This document shows positions 23,990 to 33,177 of a DNA stretch of 52,341 nt, piece by piece. Under the pieces are notes generated by a model. That model did no database searches and was not told the origin of the DNA. It saw only the letters and a list, made by a program, of their open reading frames with translations. The translations under genes and the position numbers were made by a program. Source of the stretch: a virus (taxonomy: Duplodnaviria; Heunggongvirae; Uroviricota; Caudoviricetes); IMG/VR virus record IMGVR_UViG_3300013126_000013. One strand, 5' to 3'. Within the stretch, counting starts at the first letter, position 1. Each line of letters begins with the position of its first letter.

Positions 23990-26498
23990 AGAAACTCTCC
24001 AGTGTGTTACGGTATTCAAGTTCCCAGTTGATAGCATCAGATACGAGCTTCAGAGGTTCTTTGAATGTTTTGTTGAATTGAGTATCATAGTCAATATAGC
24101 GATGAGCATTCAATTCTTTCGGTAGAAACTGTGGGAATGCAATCACATTTGATCCAAGAGTATTCGGCATCTTCAAATAACAGAACTTCACTTTGTTGCC
24201 GTCTTTGATCTCATCATCCCGAAGTTTTAGTTCTTTCACATGATGATTGTAAACAATAGCACCTCGAACATGAATAGGGCACCCGCTCTTTACAAGAGCA
24301 CCGCTGTCGCGCCACTTAGCGATTTCACTTACACCACGAGGGAAACTGACTTCTTCTGGTGCGAGACCTTTAAACACTTCGTAGAAGTTAGAAACGAACT
24401 TTTGAAGATCACTTTCAGATCCACTCAACATGATACGATAAGCTTCTTTGAACTTACCACGAACGACTGCTGGAGTTGAAGATTTAACAGCTTCGATGCC
24501 CATGATCTTGAGTTTAGGCTCAGCGTATTGAACGCCTTCTGAGTTATGAACATTCAGGATGTAACGCTTCTTTGCAGTCCAGATACCAGCATCTGCAATT
24601 GCTTCTCGCTTCATCACCATCGTATTCTTAAAAGCATTCTGTTGTTCGAACAGAATACCGTAAGCGTTCTCAAGAACCTTTTCAAACTTTTGGTCACATG
24701 CTTTATCGAGGAAAGCCACTGCATCTGCAGGTTTCACTTGCTTAACGAGTGGTGCCATGTTGAGATACAGAGAGTCGGTGTCCATATACAAAACATAATC
24801 AACTGCAGTGGTATTCATGATTTTGTTCATAGCAATATTCATGTGCTTCTCAGCCCAGCGAATAGACAGCTGGCCAGAAAGAGTAATTCCTTCTGCAATA
24901 CGAATATCGAAGTACCTAAAGTATTTATTACCCAAAGCGCCATAAAGCGAGTTCATAAGAATTTTAATTGCTTGCTGTGTATTATCAAGCTGGTTCATCT
25001 CTCGCTTTAGATCTTCGGCATGAGTCTCTTCATACTTTTGCTTTACTCCAAGCATTTGCTTCTTTGTTGCTTTACGTTCGGCATAGTAGCTTTCAATGAT
25101 CTCTGGTAGGAATCCTTGCTTGTCTTTCCTGAACATAGCACCGTTTGCAGCAACTGCTACGTTCATATCACGAATCTCTTGAGGCAGATCAACGCCCTTC
25201 AGATAGAAGTCAACGTCGCACGGCATGCCATATGAAGCGTTTTCAACAATCGTCTCAGGCGACATGTTGTATTGGACAATCGTCATCGGATATAGAGAGT
25301 TCAAGTCAAACGATACAACCCACTCGTGACGACCAACCTGAGGATCTTTCACATAACCACCAGGATACTCTGGGCGATGCTTTTCAGTTGATGGAGGAAT
25401 AGCAATATTCTTTTCACTCAGATATCGATAGATGATCGAATCCCAGATAGCAGTTGTGCCAAGAGTATCAGGATAGTTTACACCACCTTTATATGCGATA
25501 ATCAAAGCTAGTGCGAGAAGCCCGGTTTGTTCTTCGAGTTTGTCGACAAGAACGACGTCTCGAATGTTATAGTCGATAAACTTCTGGTGATCTCGTTCAT
25601 ACAGATTATGCAGCGAACCGTACTCTTCATACGATAGTTTTTTCTCGCCGAGGATTACGTGACAGATATGGTTCAACGAATATGACTCTTGTGGGCCGTA
25701 TACATAACCAAACTTTTGGAACAGATCCATGTAGTCGAGTTGCTGCACGCCATAGATCTCGAAGGTATCAAGCGACTTACCCTTTACGCCGATCTGACGG
25801 TAGTTTACAATGTTCCAAGGCGATAGCTTCTTTGACCAATCCTCATTGAGAATACGTTTGATTCGATTAATCAGATACGGAATATCGAAGAGTCGGACGT
25901 TCCAACCGGTGATAACATCTGGATAGTGTTCTTCCCAGTAAGTCAAGAACTTCATGAGAAGCTCGGCTTCGTTTGCACATTTCACATAACGAACCATACA
26001 ACCTTCCGGCACGGTTTCGCACTTAGACGAATCGTAGTTCTTCAAGCCCCATACGTGATAGATTGAGCTCTTGCTGTTCTTCATTGCAATAGAAGTAACA
26101 GGATACGCTGCTTGTTCTGGATATGGAAAGCCATCGTTAGATTGAACTTCGATGTCGATGTTACCAATCGCAACATGGCGAAGATCCGGCTTAATGTTTC
26201 CTGGAAACCGTTCATTGATGAACTGAGCTACATAGTTGCTATTGCCAAAGACTTTGAAGTTAGCAACATCGCTGTTCGTATCGATGAACTCTTTTGCATC
26301 ATTAATCGAGTCAAATTGAATCGGTTCGACTCGAGTCCCATCTAGAGCAGTCCATTCACCAGACCATCGGTCAGCAGACGTGCTTACATAGAATGTCGGA
26401 GAAAACTTTACTTTTTCATGAATACGAGAACCGTTGTCGGTGTATCCGCGATACAGAATGCTGCCACCCATGCGATGGACTGAAGTATAAAACGACAT
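23982..26498 (-). CDS. 43: Family B DNA polymerase (T4 gp43)
   Basis: DIEV exonuclease I motif, SFDLNSLYP, KILMNSLYGALG, YMDTDS, KKRY; C-terminal clamp peptide NTLESFF. Confidence 0.98.
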   Translation of the reverse strand: MSFYTSVHRMGGSILYRGYTDNGSRIHEKVKFSPTFYVSTSADRWSGEWTALDGTRVEPIQFDSINDAKEFIDTNSDVANFKVFGNSNYVAQFINERFPGNIKPDLRHVAIGNIDIEVQSNDGFPYPEQAAYPVTSIAMKNSKSSIYHVWGLKNYDSSKCETVPEGCMVRYVKCANEAELLMKFLTYWEEHYPDVITGWNVRLFDIPYLINRIKRILNEDWSKKLSPWNIVNYRQIGVKGKSLDTFEIYGVQQLDYMDLFQKFGYVYGPQESYSLNHICHVILGEKKLSYEEYGSLHNLYERDHQKFIDYNIRDVVLVDKLEEQTGLLALALIIAYKGGVNYPDTLGTTAIWDSIIYRYLSEKNIAIPPSTEKHRPEYPGGYVKDPQVGRHEWVVSFDLNSLYPMTIVQYNMSPETIVENASYGMPCDVDFYLKGVDLPQEIRDMNVAVAANGAMFRKDKQGFLPEIIESYYAERKATKKQMLGVKQKYEETHAEDLKREMNQLDNTQQAIKILMNSLYGALGNKYFRYFDIRIAEGITLSGQLSIRWAEKHMNIAMNKIMNTTAVDYVLYMDTDSLYLNMAPLVKQVKPADAVAFLDKACDQKFEKVLENAYGILFEQQNAFKNTMVMKREAIADAGIWTAKKRYILNVHNSEGVQYAEPKLKIMGIEAVKSSTPAVVRGKFKEAYRIMLSGSESDLQKFVSNFYEVFKGLAPEEVSFPRGVSEIAKWRDSGALVKSGCPIHVRGAIVYNHHVKELKLRDDEIKDGNKVKFCYLKMPNTLGSNVIAFPQFLPKELNAHRYIDYDTQFNKTFKEPLKLVSDAINWELEYRNTLESFFV

Positions 26499-26525
26499 TC
26501 AAACTCCTATGATGTAATTAGTACC

Positions 26526-26554
26526 ACTATACACCATCATTCAAGAGGTGTCAA
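26526..26554 (-). promoter_or_regulatory. sigma70-type promoter for gene 43
   Basis: TTGACA-N17-TATAGT. Confidence 0.75.
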
Positions 26555-26558
26555 CTAC

Positions 26559-26580
26559 TTAGGGGACCGAAGCCCCCTAA
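26559..26580 (-). terminator. cUUCGg stem-loop after hsp20
   Basis: TTAGGGGGC-TTCG-GTCCCCTAA; U-tract is absent or short. Confidence 0.6.
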
Positions 26581-26601
26581 GATTTAGTCTTTTGATTTTT
26601 G

Positions 26602-27054
26602 TTATTCGCTAAGATAGCCGTAAGAACCTTGGCTTGAATCACTCGGTTCTGTGATATTTACTTTACGCGGCTTCTTCTCTGGAAGAATGTTATCAAGCCA
26701 TACACGAAGCATACCGTTGATAAGCTCGGCGTTCTTGATTTCAACAGTGTCAGCAAGCGTAAAGGTGCGGCTGAATGGGCGTTCAGCGATTCCTTTAAAG
26801 AGATAGTTCTTTTCGTCAGCTTCGTCTCGCTTAACGTGACCATCGATCTTTAGGATATTTTCGTCAAGAGTAATCTCGATATCGTGCTTACCAAAGCCAG
26901 CAACTGCCATCTCGATAACATATGTGTTATCTCCGGTCTTCTTAATGTTGTACGGCGGGTAAGTGATAGCCTTGGCGGTTTGAGACTGGATTTCTTTGAA
27001 TCGATCAAAGAACTTGTCAAAGCCAATAGCAAATGGGTCGAATTGATTAGTCAT
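26602..27054 (-). CDS. hsp20: Small heat-shock protein (Hsp20/IbpA family)
   Basis: IGFD..F, YPPYNI, IEMAVAGF, YLFKGIAERPFSRTFTLA, AELINGMLRV. Confidence 0.95.
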   Translation of the reverse strand: MTNQFDPFAIGFDKFFDRFKEIQSQTAKAITYPPYNIKKTGDNTYVIEMAVAGFGKHDIEITLDENILKIDGHVKRDEADEKNYLFKGIAERPFSRTFTLADTVEIKNAELINGMLRVWLDNILPEKKPRKVNITEPSDSSQGSYGYLSE

Positions 27055-27108
27055 AAAAGCCTCCAATTAGCAAGGATAAAGGTGGGACCCATTATGGCAT
27101 CCCACATT

Positions 27109-27139
27109 TATTTATATACCAAATGGCTCAAAATGTCAA
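27109..27139 (-). promoter_or_regulatory. Composite early/late promoter for hsp20
   Basis: TTGACA-N17-TATAAA, where the -10 is the start of an exact TATAAATA late box. Confidence 0.75.
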
Positions 27140-27142
27140 CAA

Positions 27143-27538
27143 TTATTTTCTTTTGCCAATACTGTATTTGGCGACAAGCGACCATTCGTCTTTTTCTTTA
27201 TGAGGCAGCACTTTAATCTGCGACAGAGCAGCTACTGGATCCTGAACCTTTTCAGGATTTACAGCCTTTACAAGACCCCACTCTTCAAGAAGATTTACGA
27301 TCGTGTTTCTGCGAGCTGCGTCTTCTTCAGAAAGGGTGTTCGCCTTTCCATCAAGAATAAAAAGTTCTTTAAAATGTACGATATAATATTTGCCTTGCTT
27401 GTGCAATATATGACAAGACTGATACAAGATCTTATCTTTCTTTGAGGCAACACCAATACGGGTCAGTGTTTCTTTTACCTTTAAGAAAGAATCTTGTGAT
27501 GGCAGAGTAACCTCTACAAGATCATCAACGATATTCAT
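27143..27538 (-). CDS. regA: Translational repressor RegA
   Basis: FLKVKETLTRIGVAS, LYQSCHILHKQGKYYIVHFKELF.LDG, RRNTIV.LL.EWGL. Confidence 0.97.
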   Translation of the reverse strand: MNIVDDLVEVTLPSQDSFLKVKETLTRIGVASKKDKILYQSCHILHKQGKYYIVHFKELFILDGKANTLSEEDAARRNTIVNLLEEWGLVKAVNPEKVQDPVAALSQIKVLPHKEKDEWSLVAKYSIGKRK

Positions 27539-27540
27539 CC

Positions 27541-27933
27541 TTATGTTCCACCTTTGTGTCGCTGTTTTCTCAGCGATTCTAATTGTTCGGCGCTCAATAA
27601 AGATAGATACTCGTTTCCTACTGTTCGGTTACATTTATAAACTTCACATACGAGATCTAAGTCTTCACTGACCGTTGTTTTAGCCCATTTATGAAACTGT
27701 CGTTTCTTGGGTCTAACCATATTTATAAGGATGTCGTATTGTGCAAACTTTGGTAGATGATGCAAGCCGTTTACAAGATTTGCCATCAAGATGGTATCGG
27801 CATGATATGATAGAGCTGTATTTGTGAGCCACGGATTATAATCACTCTCAGCGAGTTTATCATTCTCGGTGCCACGCATCATATGTGTTTTCGTCTGAAG
27901 AATACTTGTCACATAATCAAATGGGTTCGTCAT
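27541..27933 (-). CDS. 62: Clamp loader small subunit (T4 gp62)
   Basis: NPFDYV.SI, YNPW..N.ALS, RP.KR.F.KWAK; lies between 44 and regA. Confidence 0.9.
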   Translation of the reverse strand: MTNPFDYVTSILQTKTHMMRGTENDKLAESDYNPWLTNTALSYHADTILMANLVNGLHHLPKFAQYDILINMVRPKKRQFHKWAKTTVSEDLDLVCEVYKCNRTVGNEYLSLLSAEQLESLRKQRHKGGT

Positions 27934-28114
27934 ACTCTTCTACCTCTTGATTACTGTACTTATCATTGCAAGTATTGCACATATGTGCGGTGCCAATTGT
28001 GCCTTCACCTCCGCCGTATCTGTATTTGATTTCGATCATATCTTTATGTTGATATTTCTTCTCACAAATCAGGCAAGGTATTTTCTTTTTCTTAAAGTTG
28101 CTGAACCAAGACAT
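27917..28114 (-). CDS. Small zinc-ribbon protein
   Basis: CLIC...CNTC. Confidence 0.6.
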   Translation of the reverse strand: MSWFSNFKKKKIPCLICEKKYQHKDMIEIKYRYGGGEGTIGTAHMCNTCNDKYSNQEVEEYDEPI

Positions 28115-28115
28115 A

Positions 28116-29057
28116 TCATTTCCAATCAGATAATTCAGCCATCAGCGTAGCCATGGCTGCAGCTCGGTTGATCTCTGGATTTGCTACAAATGCTTCTTTG
28201 TATTCGTATTCGGCCAGAATGATGATAGCATTTGCAATTGAGGATGTGCTAACGATTTTAGTTGGGAGAATATCATACAATGCTCGATAGAGAGTCGAAG
28301 AATCAATATCAGAGTTCTCGCCGACCCATTTACGGACATCATTAAAACGCTTCTCTTTCAGTAGACCGATAAGAGATTCGATCGATTCAGAACCCTTGTT
28401 ACGAAGGATACCTGCATCAATACGACCTGTTGCAGCATACCGCTGCAACTCGTTTAGCACTCGACGCCAGTCCGGAAAGTAAGTGTTGATGAGTTCGGCT
28501 ACAGCTTTCTGTTCATACTCGACATTCTCAGCATCGAGAATGGTTAGCACTCGTTTAAAGAACTGTGCAGCAAGCTTAGGCCGATCACTCGTATTAATAC
28601 TAAAGTTCACCACAGAGCATCGAGACTGAAGAGGCTCGATGATACGATTTGCAAAGTTACAAGTAAGAATAAAGCCGCAGTTCTTCGAGAACTCTTCCAT
28701 AAAGTTACGAAGTGCTGGCTGAGTTGAGTTTGCATTGAGGTAGTCTGCCTCATCAAGGATGACGTATTTACGGCCACCAGAGAATGAAACAGTCGAAGCA
28801 AAGTTTTGAATATCAACTCGAAGTGTATCGATATTGCCGTTCATCGAGCCGTTGATGATGATATAATCGGCACCAAGCTCATCAAGCATTGCTCGAGCGA
28901 CTGTCGTCTTACCTACACCTGCTCGACCAGACAACAACAGGTTAGGCACGTTTCGGTCGTCAACAAACTTCTGAAAAGTATCCTTCAGATCTTTAGGTAG
29001 AATAGCTTCCTCGACGGTACGAGGACGGTACTTTTGCACCCACAAAAATTCTTCCAT
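28116..29057 (-). CDS. 44: Clamp loader large subunit (T4 gp44)
   Basis: LWVQKYRP, GRAGVGKTT, ILDEAD, LRNFMEEFS, PLQSRC, PDWRR.LNELQRY. Confidence 0.97.
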   Translation of the reverse strand: MEEFLWVQKYRPRTVEEAILPKDLKDTFQKFVDDRNVPNLLLSGRAGVGKTTVARAMLDELGADYIIINGSMNGNIDTLRVDIQNFASTVSFSGGRKYVILDEADYLNANSTQPALRNFMEEFSKNCGFILTCNFANRIIEPLQSRCSVVNFSINTSDRPKLAAQFFKRVLTILDAENVEYEQKAVAELINTYFPDWRRVLNELQRYAATGRIDAGILRNKGSESIESLIGLLKEKRFNDVRKWVGENSDIDSSTLYRALYDILPTKIVSTSSIANAIIILAEYEYKEAFVANPEINRAAAMATLMAELSDWK

Positions 29058-29074
29058 GTTCACTCCAATCATAA

Positions 29075-29109
29075 TAAAAGATAAAGCGACTACGCCGAAA
29101 CGTAGTCGC
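29075..29109 (-). terminator. Intrinsic terminator
   Basis: GCGACTACG-tttcgg-CGTAGTCGC followed by TTTATCTTTT. Confidence 0.75.
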
Positions 29110-29125
29110 TGCAGTATAGTTTATA

Positions 29126-29326
29126 TTACTCTGCTTCTGCAGAGGTGTCAACTGCTTCTTCAGCCGACTGAGCTTCTTGGCTCGCTTGGCTCGCTTTCAC
29201 GAAGGCTGCAAGCTTATCACGAAGTGCACCAACTTGAGAAAGCTCATCTCCGCGGAAGGCTCCTCTAGAGGTTACGATGTCGATAACCTGTAGAGCAGCG
29301 GCGATATCATTGATGGTAAGTTGCAT
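29126..29326 (-). CDS. Hypothetical protein
   Basis: LTINDI...LQVID....RGAFRGDEL..VG.LRDKL. Confidence 0.7.
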   Translation of the reverse strand: MQLTINDIAAALQVIDIVTSRGAFRGDELSQVGALRDKLAAFVKASQASQEAQSAEEAVDTSAEAE

Positions 29327-29335
29327 AGTAACTCC

Positions 29336-29986
29336 TTATTTTGCTTCGAGGGCGATAAAATATTCGGCTTTGCTCGACTTAAAATGAGCAAGACCTTTTG
29401 CTGAAAGTGAAACTTCATAGTCATGTGGCATGAGCTTCAGATTTTCGACCTTTACGATCATTCTGAACGGAGCAGCACCGGTGTTCTCAGCAATAATAAC
29501 ACTGTATGAGTCAGCCGTCGGATTTTTCGAGTCAACCGCAGACAAGGAAACATTCGACCCATCGCTGGTAAAAGCAACCTCAGACAGCTTAAGAACGCCG
29601 GATGCTTTAATAACAGAATCAAGGTCTTTCCACTTAACTGGAACTACTGCTTCTGGTGACGGGAAATTGATTTCTTTTTCGGGTGGAGCCACAACCATTG
29701 CTTCTGCCGCATAGGTATAAGATACTTTGCTTTTGCCTGAAGAGATAATAAATTTATCATCGGTGAACTCGACATCGGGGTCGTCAAACAAAGACAATGT
29801 TGCAAGGAACCGAGATAGGTCGTAAACCCGAGCAGAACCTTCGATATTCTCAGACACTGTAGCAGAAGCCATTACAGTCTTTTGTGGATGCATGGTGCGA
29901 ATAACAGACCCGGGTTTAAATACAAGCCCAGGATTAATCATCGAAAAGTTTTTCAATACACTAATAGTTTCATTACTAAATTTCAT
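29336..29986 (-). CDS. 45: Sliding clamp (T4 gp45)
   Basis: MKFS.ET..VLKNFS.IN, IYDL-like VYDLSRFL, YFIALE C-terminus. Confidence 0.95.
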   Translation of the reverse strand: MKFSNETISVLKNFSMINPGLVFKPGSVIRTMHPQKTVMASATVSENIEGSARVYDLSRFLATLSLFDDPDVEFTDDKFIISSGKSKVSYTYAAEAMVVAPPEKEINFPSPEAVVPVKWKDLDSVIKASGVLKLSEVAFTSDGSNVSLSAVDSKNPTADSYSVIIAENTGAAPFRMIVKVENLKLMPHDYEVSLSAKGLAHFKSSKAEYFIALEAK

Positions 29987-29988
29987 AA

Positions 29989-30921
29989 TCACTTACCCTT
30001 CTTCATGGCAGCGCGACGTTGCTGCCGGTTTAATTGTTGCATAGGTTTCACTATATCATCATTTTCTTTTGGTGTCAAATAGTTCTTTTGATTAGACGCA
30101 GCGCTTGCAGTCGGAGAAGTCTGAATCGCTGCCATTGCTGCAAGCGAACCACCAAAGGTATATGAACCAACGTGCTTCAACTGGATCCATGGGCAAAGCC
30201 ATACGTTAATACCAATTGCTCGAGCGTATTGACTAAACATGTAGTCTTCTGACAGATAACGCTTACTCTTCGGATCAATCACGCAGTCAAAGAACGCAGT
30301 GATTTCACGACTGCCGTCAAAGTGTTCGGTGCGTACGTGGTCTGGAATATAGCTAAGTTCTGGGTATGCTGCTGCATACTTCTCGAATACACTACGATGA
30401 ATCATCATGAAACCATTACCGCCTTCACGGATCTTTACGGGCTCATCAATTCGAAACGAAGTAGAGTTCTCATCGGGATTAAAGACATAATCGCCGACAA
30501 AGTTGTCAAGTTGGAACGGATTCGGGTCAGCAAATCCTTTTTCAACTGCAGTCTTAATCTTTTCCCAGGCGATCGTCTTTTTCGGATACGCCCCGGTAAT
30601 TACGCCATACTCATCTGCCGATTCACAAAGATGCATAAGAGTATAGACATCTTTATAATGGAATCCAATATCAGAATCGATAAACATAAGATGTGTGTAG
30701 TCTGACCGAAGGAATTCATCGACACAATAGTTACGAGCACGAGTAATGAGAGACTCATTAAACAAGTAGTAGAACTTTACATCAATATCATACTTAGCAC
30801 AACTCATCGCCAAATCATTTGTCGATTTAGTATACAACCCAGCGCAAGCACCGCCGTACATAGGTGTAGCAATAAAGAGCTTCTTCTTACGAAGCTTTTC
30901 GATTTCAATCTTAATTTCCAT
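29989..30921 (-). CDS. GT-A fold (GT2-like) glycosyltransferase
   Basis: LFIATPMYGG, ESLITRARN, LMFIDSDI (DxD), GFMMIHR.VF, YLSEDY.F, L.HVG. Confidence 0.7.
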   Translation of the reverse strand: MEIKIEIEKLRKKKLFIATPMYGGACAGLYTKSTNDLAMSCAKYDIDVKFYYLFNESLITRARNYCVDEFLRSDYTHLMFIDSDIGFHYKDVYTLMHLCESADEYGVITGAYPKKTIAWEKIKTAVEKGFADPNPFQLDNFVGDYVFNPDENSTSFRIDEPVKIREGGNGFMMIHRSVFEKYAAAYPELSYIPDHVRTEHFDGSREITAFFDCVIDPKSKRYLSEDYMFSQYARAIGINVWLCPWIQLKHVGSYTFGGSLAAMAAIQTSPTASAASNQKNYLTPKENDDIVKPMQQLNRQQRRAAMKKGK

Positions 30922-31343
30922 TATTTACCTTTCACTGGTCTTGAATTCTCAAGTTGCCCTTTAATAAATTTGGCGCATTGTTTCGCAGATAGCGCATGTT
31001 CATCCGTGGCGATAAGTCGGTCATCTACACCAATGCCACGAATGACTGAAGCTGAAAGCATCATAGCCGAAGCCATAATCATGCATACTTGGTGAAGATC
31101 TGATCCATCTTCACCGTTATCATAGTCATGCCCTCGCTCAAAATCCTCAACGTGTCGCTTCAGACTATCAATCATCTGCTGCCATGGGAGACCTTTCTCC
31201 CAATTACGATCCGAGTATTTTTTCGCGCCGTACTCAAGAGAAGCTGCTGCTGCAGCGATTGCTTCAAGAGGAATGTGCCGAGTATATGGCATACCGAGAG
31301 CTTCGCGAACAGCTCCGGTTTCAGTCTCATTATATTTATTCAT
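30921..31343 (-). CDS. dNTP diphosphohydrolase (DUF5664, dATP/dGTP diphosphohydrolase-like)
   Basis: LEYGAKKYSDRNWEKG.PW..MIDSL.RH...D...G..LH. Confidence 0.8.
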   Translation of the reverse strand: MNKYNETETGAVREALGMPYTRHIPLEAIAAAAASLEYGAKKYSDRNWEKGLPWQQMIDSLKRHVEDFERGHDYDNGEDGSDLHQVCMIMASAMMLSASVIRGIGVDDRLIATDEHALSAKQCAKFIKGQLENSRPVKGK

Positions 31344-31978
31344 CGTGTAGGTTGTTCCATATCATTTTCGAGTCGAGCAATTGTTTGCAAACGAAGAATG
31401 TCCGCAGCAATATCGAAGCGGCTGTCATGATGGACAAATGTGCTGTTCCAATATTCCTCGTCAGCAAGAGGAATAAACCCGTTCTTCTTTGGGAAATTCA
31501 GCTTTGCATCAATCCATGTACGAGTATCACGAACAAGCCAAAACTTCAGAAGTTCACCGATTTCATCTTGGCGGCCAAAAACAGATGCCCATCTCTGGAG
31601 AATAATAGGATCGAATGAATTTGATCGAGACCACCAGTAGTTGATCTTACCTGCTTCCTTCAGATATTCGATGAAGTTGTCGATGAAAGTTTCGGCTCGT
31701 ATATCTGATTTGCTTGGGCGTAGTACTTTCTTTGCTTCTTCAGACTGAGACAACCACCAATCAAGATCACGCTGAGTATATTTAGCACCATGCTCTTGAA
31801 CTTGGTGAGCCATTTCAAGTTTGTCTTTGCGAGCAAGACTTACGATTTCTTCTAGAGTGTACGGGTTGTCAGAAGTAAAACGATCCCAATCAAATGCTAC
31901 ATAAGAGCATTCAAGCATTGGAATTTGAAACACATCCTGACCAAGGGTTTCAAAGTCGAAAATAAAGTGTTGGTTCAT
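31340..31978 (-). CDS. dexA: 3'-5' exonuclease A (DexA-like, DEDD)
   Basis: FIFDFETLG, WWLSQS.EA, WSRSNSFD..IL, FW.VRD.RT, HDS..D...D. Confidence 0.85.
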   Translation of the reverse strand: MNQHFIFDFETLGQDVFQIPMLECSYVAFDWDRFTSDNPYTLEEIVSLARKDKLEMAHQVQEHGAKYTQRDLDWWLSQSEEAKKVLRPSKSDIRAETFIDNFIEYLKEAGKINYWWSRSNSFDPIILQRWASVFGRQDEIGELLKFWLVRDTRTWIDAKLNFPKKNGFIPLADEEYWNSTFVHHDSRFDIAADILRLQTIARLENDMEQPTR

Positions 31979-33177
31979 TCGAAAAAGCTCTCAAGGGTGT
32001 TTTCAGCAGCGGTGAATTCCTCTGTCTGAGTTCCATTATACTGCAAAATATAATCAGTGTCAACCATTTTTCTTTGGCCATTGAGCACAGCAAGAACTTC
32101 CGTCGCCATATCAGTAGCAGTCTGAACAGGAACGTTTTGGCAGATGTGGTTAGCATTCTTTGGGCTAGCATCTACAAGCTCAAAGTTCTCCGGAAGACCC
32201 ATAATAGTCATGGCTTCGCGGTAGGTAATGAAGCGATCTTCATCAGGATGTGTAAGCATGATCGGATAGTGTCCTACAAAAGCGCCGATGCGATCCTTAG
32301 GGACAATTACACCTCTCCGCATGATGCTTCCGCCTTCTTCAAGCTTCTTGTACTTATAGAGGCACTTCTCAACTTCATCAGGGAATCCATTTGCTTTCAT
32401 CCAATCAGCAACTTGCTTGTAGTTGTGACCCATCTTTTCGATGTAACCGAAAGCGTCATTGCCACGAGCTGACGACGGATCAATCTCATGTGAGTGCTGT
32501 ACGTGAGTACGACCACCATGAATAGCCTCGAGGATGTACTTGTAGTACGGATTTTCAGATGGCTTCTTCTTATTGATCGGCTCATGCTGGAAGTTAGACT
32601 TCACATTACGAATGACTTCTTCAATTGGAGTGTAAGGACGATTGTAGTAATGCAAAAGTGGAGTCTGATTACCTTTCCAGAAGAAGTAGAAAGAACGTTC
32701 ACGAATCTGTGGAACGCCATGAAGCAAAGACTTCGTACGATAGACTGTCATCGTGTAGCCGTTCTCTTGTCCGATCTTTTTCAGGTTCTCACGAACGTTC
32801 TTACCGATCTTACCAGCAAAGCCGGGAGCATTCTCTCCCCAGAACACTTTTGGCTTATATTCGCCAAGGATGTACTTTGCAGTAATGTCCATCCACTTGT
32901 TGTTTTCATTATGATCGCCATAGCCATGGGACATCATAGACAACCCCGCGCACGGGCACACGGACGCAACCACATCCGCGCGCTCGGAAGGTGCTTGGCC
33001 TTTATCAAGAACGTAGTATGGAATAAGATTTTCGTAGTGATTCAGAATATGAGAGTCGTTTGCAGCAAAAGCTTCATATGACATGAAGTGGATAGGAGGA
33101 GAGCCGAAAGCTCTTTCCGATCCAATGGTTTCGCCGCCGATAAGAGGAACGATTGAAGCGTGGGTGAAGTTACTCAT
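31975..33177 (-). CDS. Divergent C5-cytosine DNA methyltransferase homolog with a C-terminal clamp peptide
   Basis: Motif IV CPCAGLS, VI GENAP, VIII PQIRER, IX ITYREAMTIMGLP, X ICQNVP; motif I is non-canonical (VPLIGG); ends NTLESFFE. Confidence 0.8.
   Translation of the reverse strand: MSNFTHASIVPLIGGETIGSERAFGSPPIHFMSYEAFAANDSHILNHYENLIPYYVLDKGQAPSERADVVASVCPCAGLSMMSHGYGDHNENNKWMDITAKYILGEYKPKVFWGENAPGFAGKIGKNVRENLKKIGQENGYTMTVYRTKSLLHGVPQIRERSFYFFWKGNQTPLLHYYNRPYTPIEEVIRNVKSNFQHEPINKKKPSENPYYKYILEAIHGGRTHVQHSHEIDPSSARGNDAFGYIEKMGHNYKQVADWMKANGFPDEVEKCLYKYKKLEEGGSIMRRGVIVPKDRIGAFVGHYPIMLTHPDEDRFITYREAMTIMGLPENFELVDASPKNANHICQNVPVQTATDMATEVLAVLNGQRKMVDTDYILQYNGTQTEEFTAAENTLESFFE

Noticed and set aside
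777-26498. Introns or inteins in td, nrdB, gene 41, uvsX or gene 43
   Set aside because: All are uninterrupted and of normal length for their families; the only mobile element seen is the free-standing Seg-like HEG.
32494-33081. Long plus-strand ORFs in the track (for example 195 aa here, 186 aa at 39548, 167 aa at 13103, 158 aa at 22971, 161 aa at 42379)
   Set aside because: They are antisense shadows of clear minus-strand genes, with no RBS, motifs or promoters.
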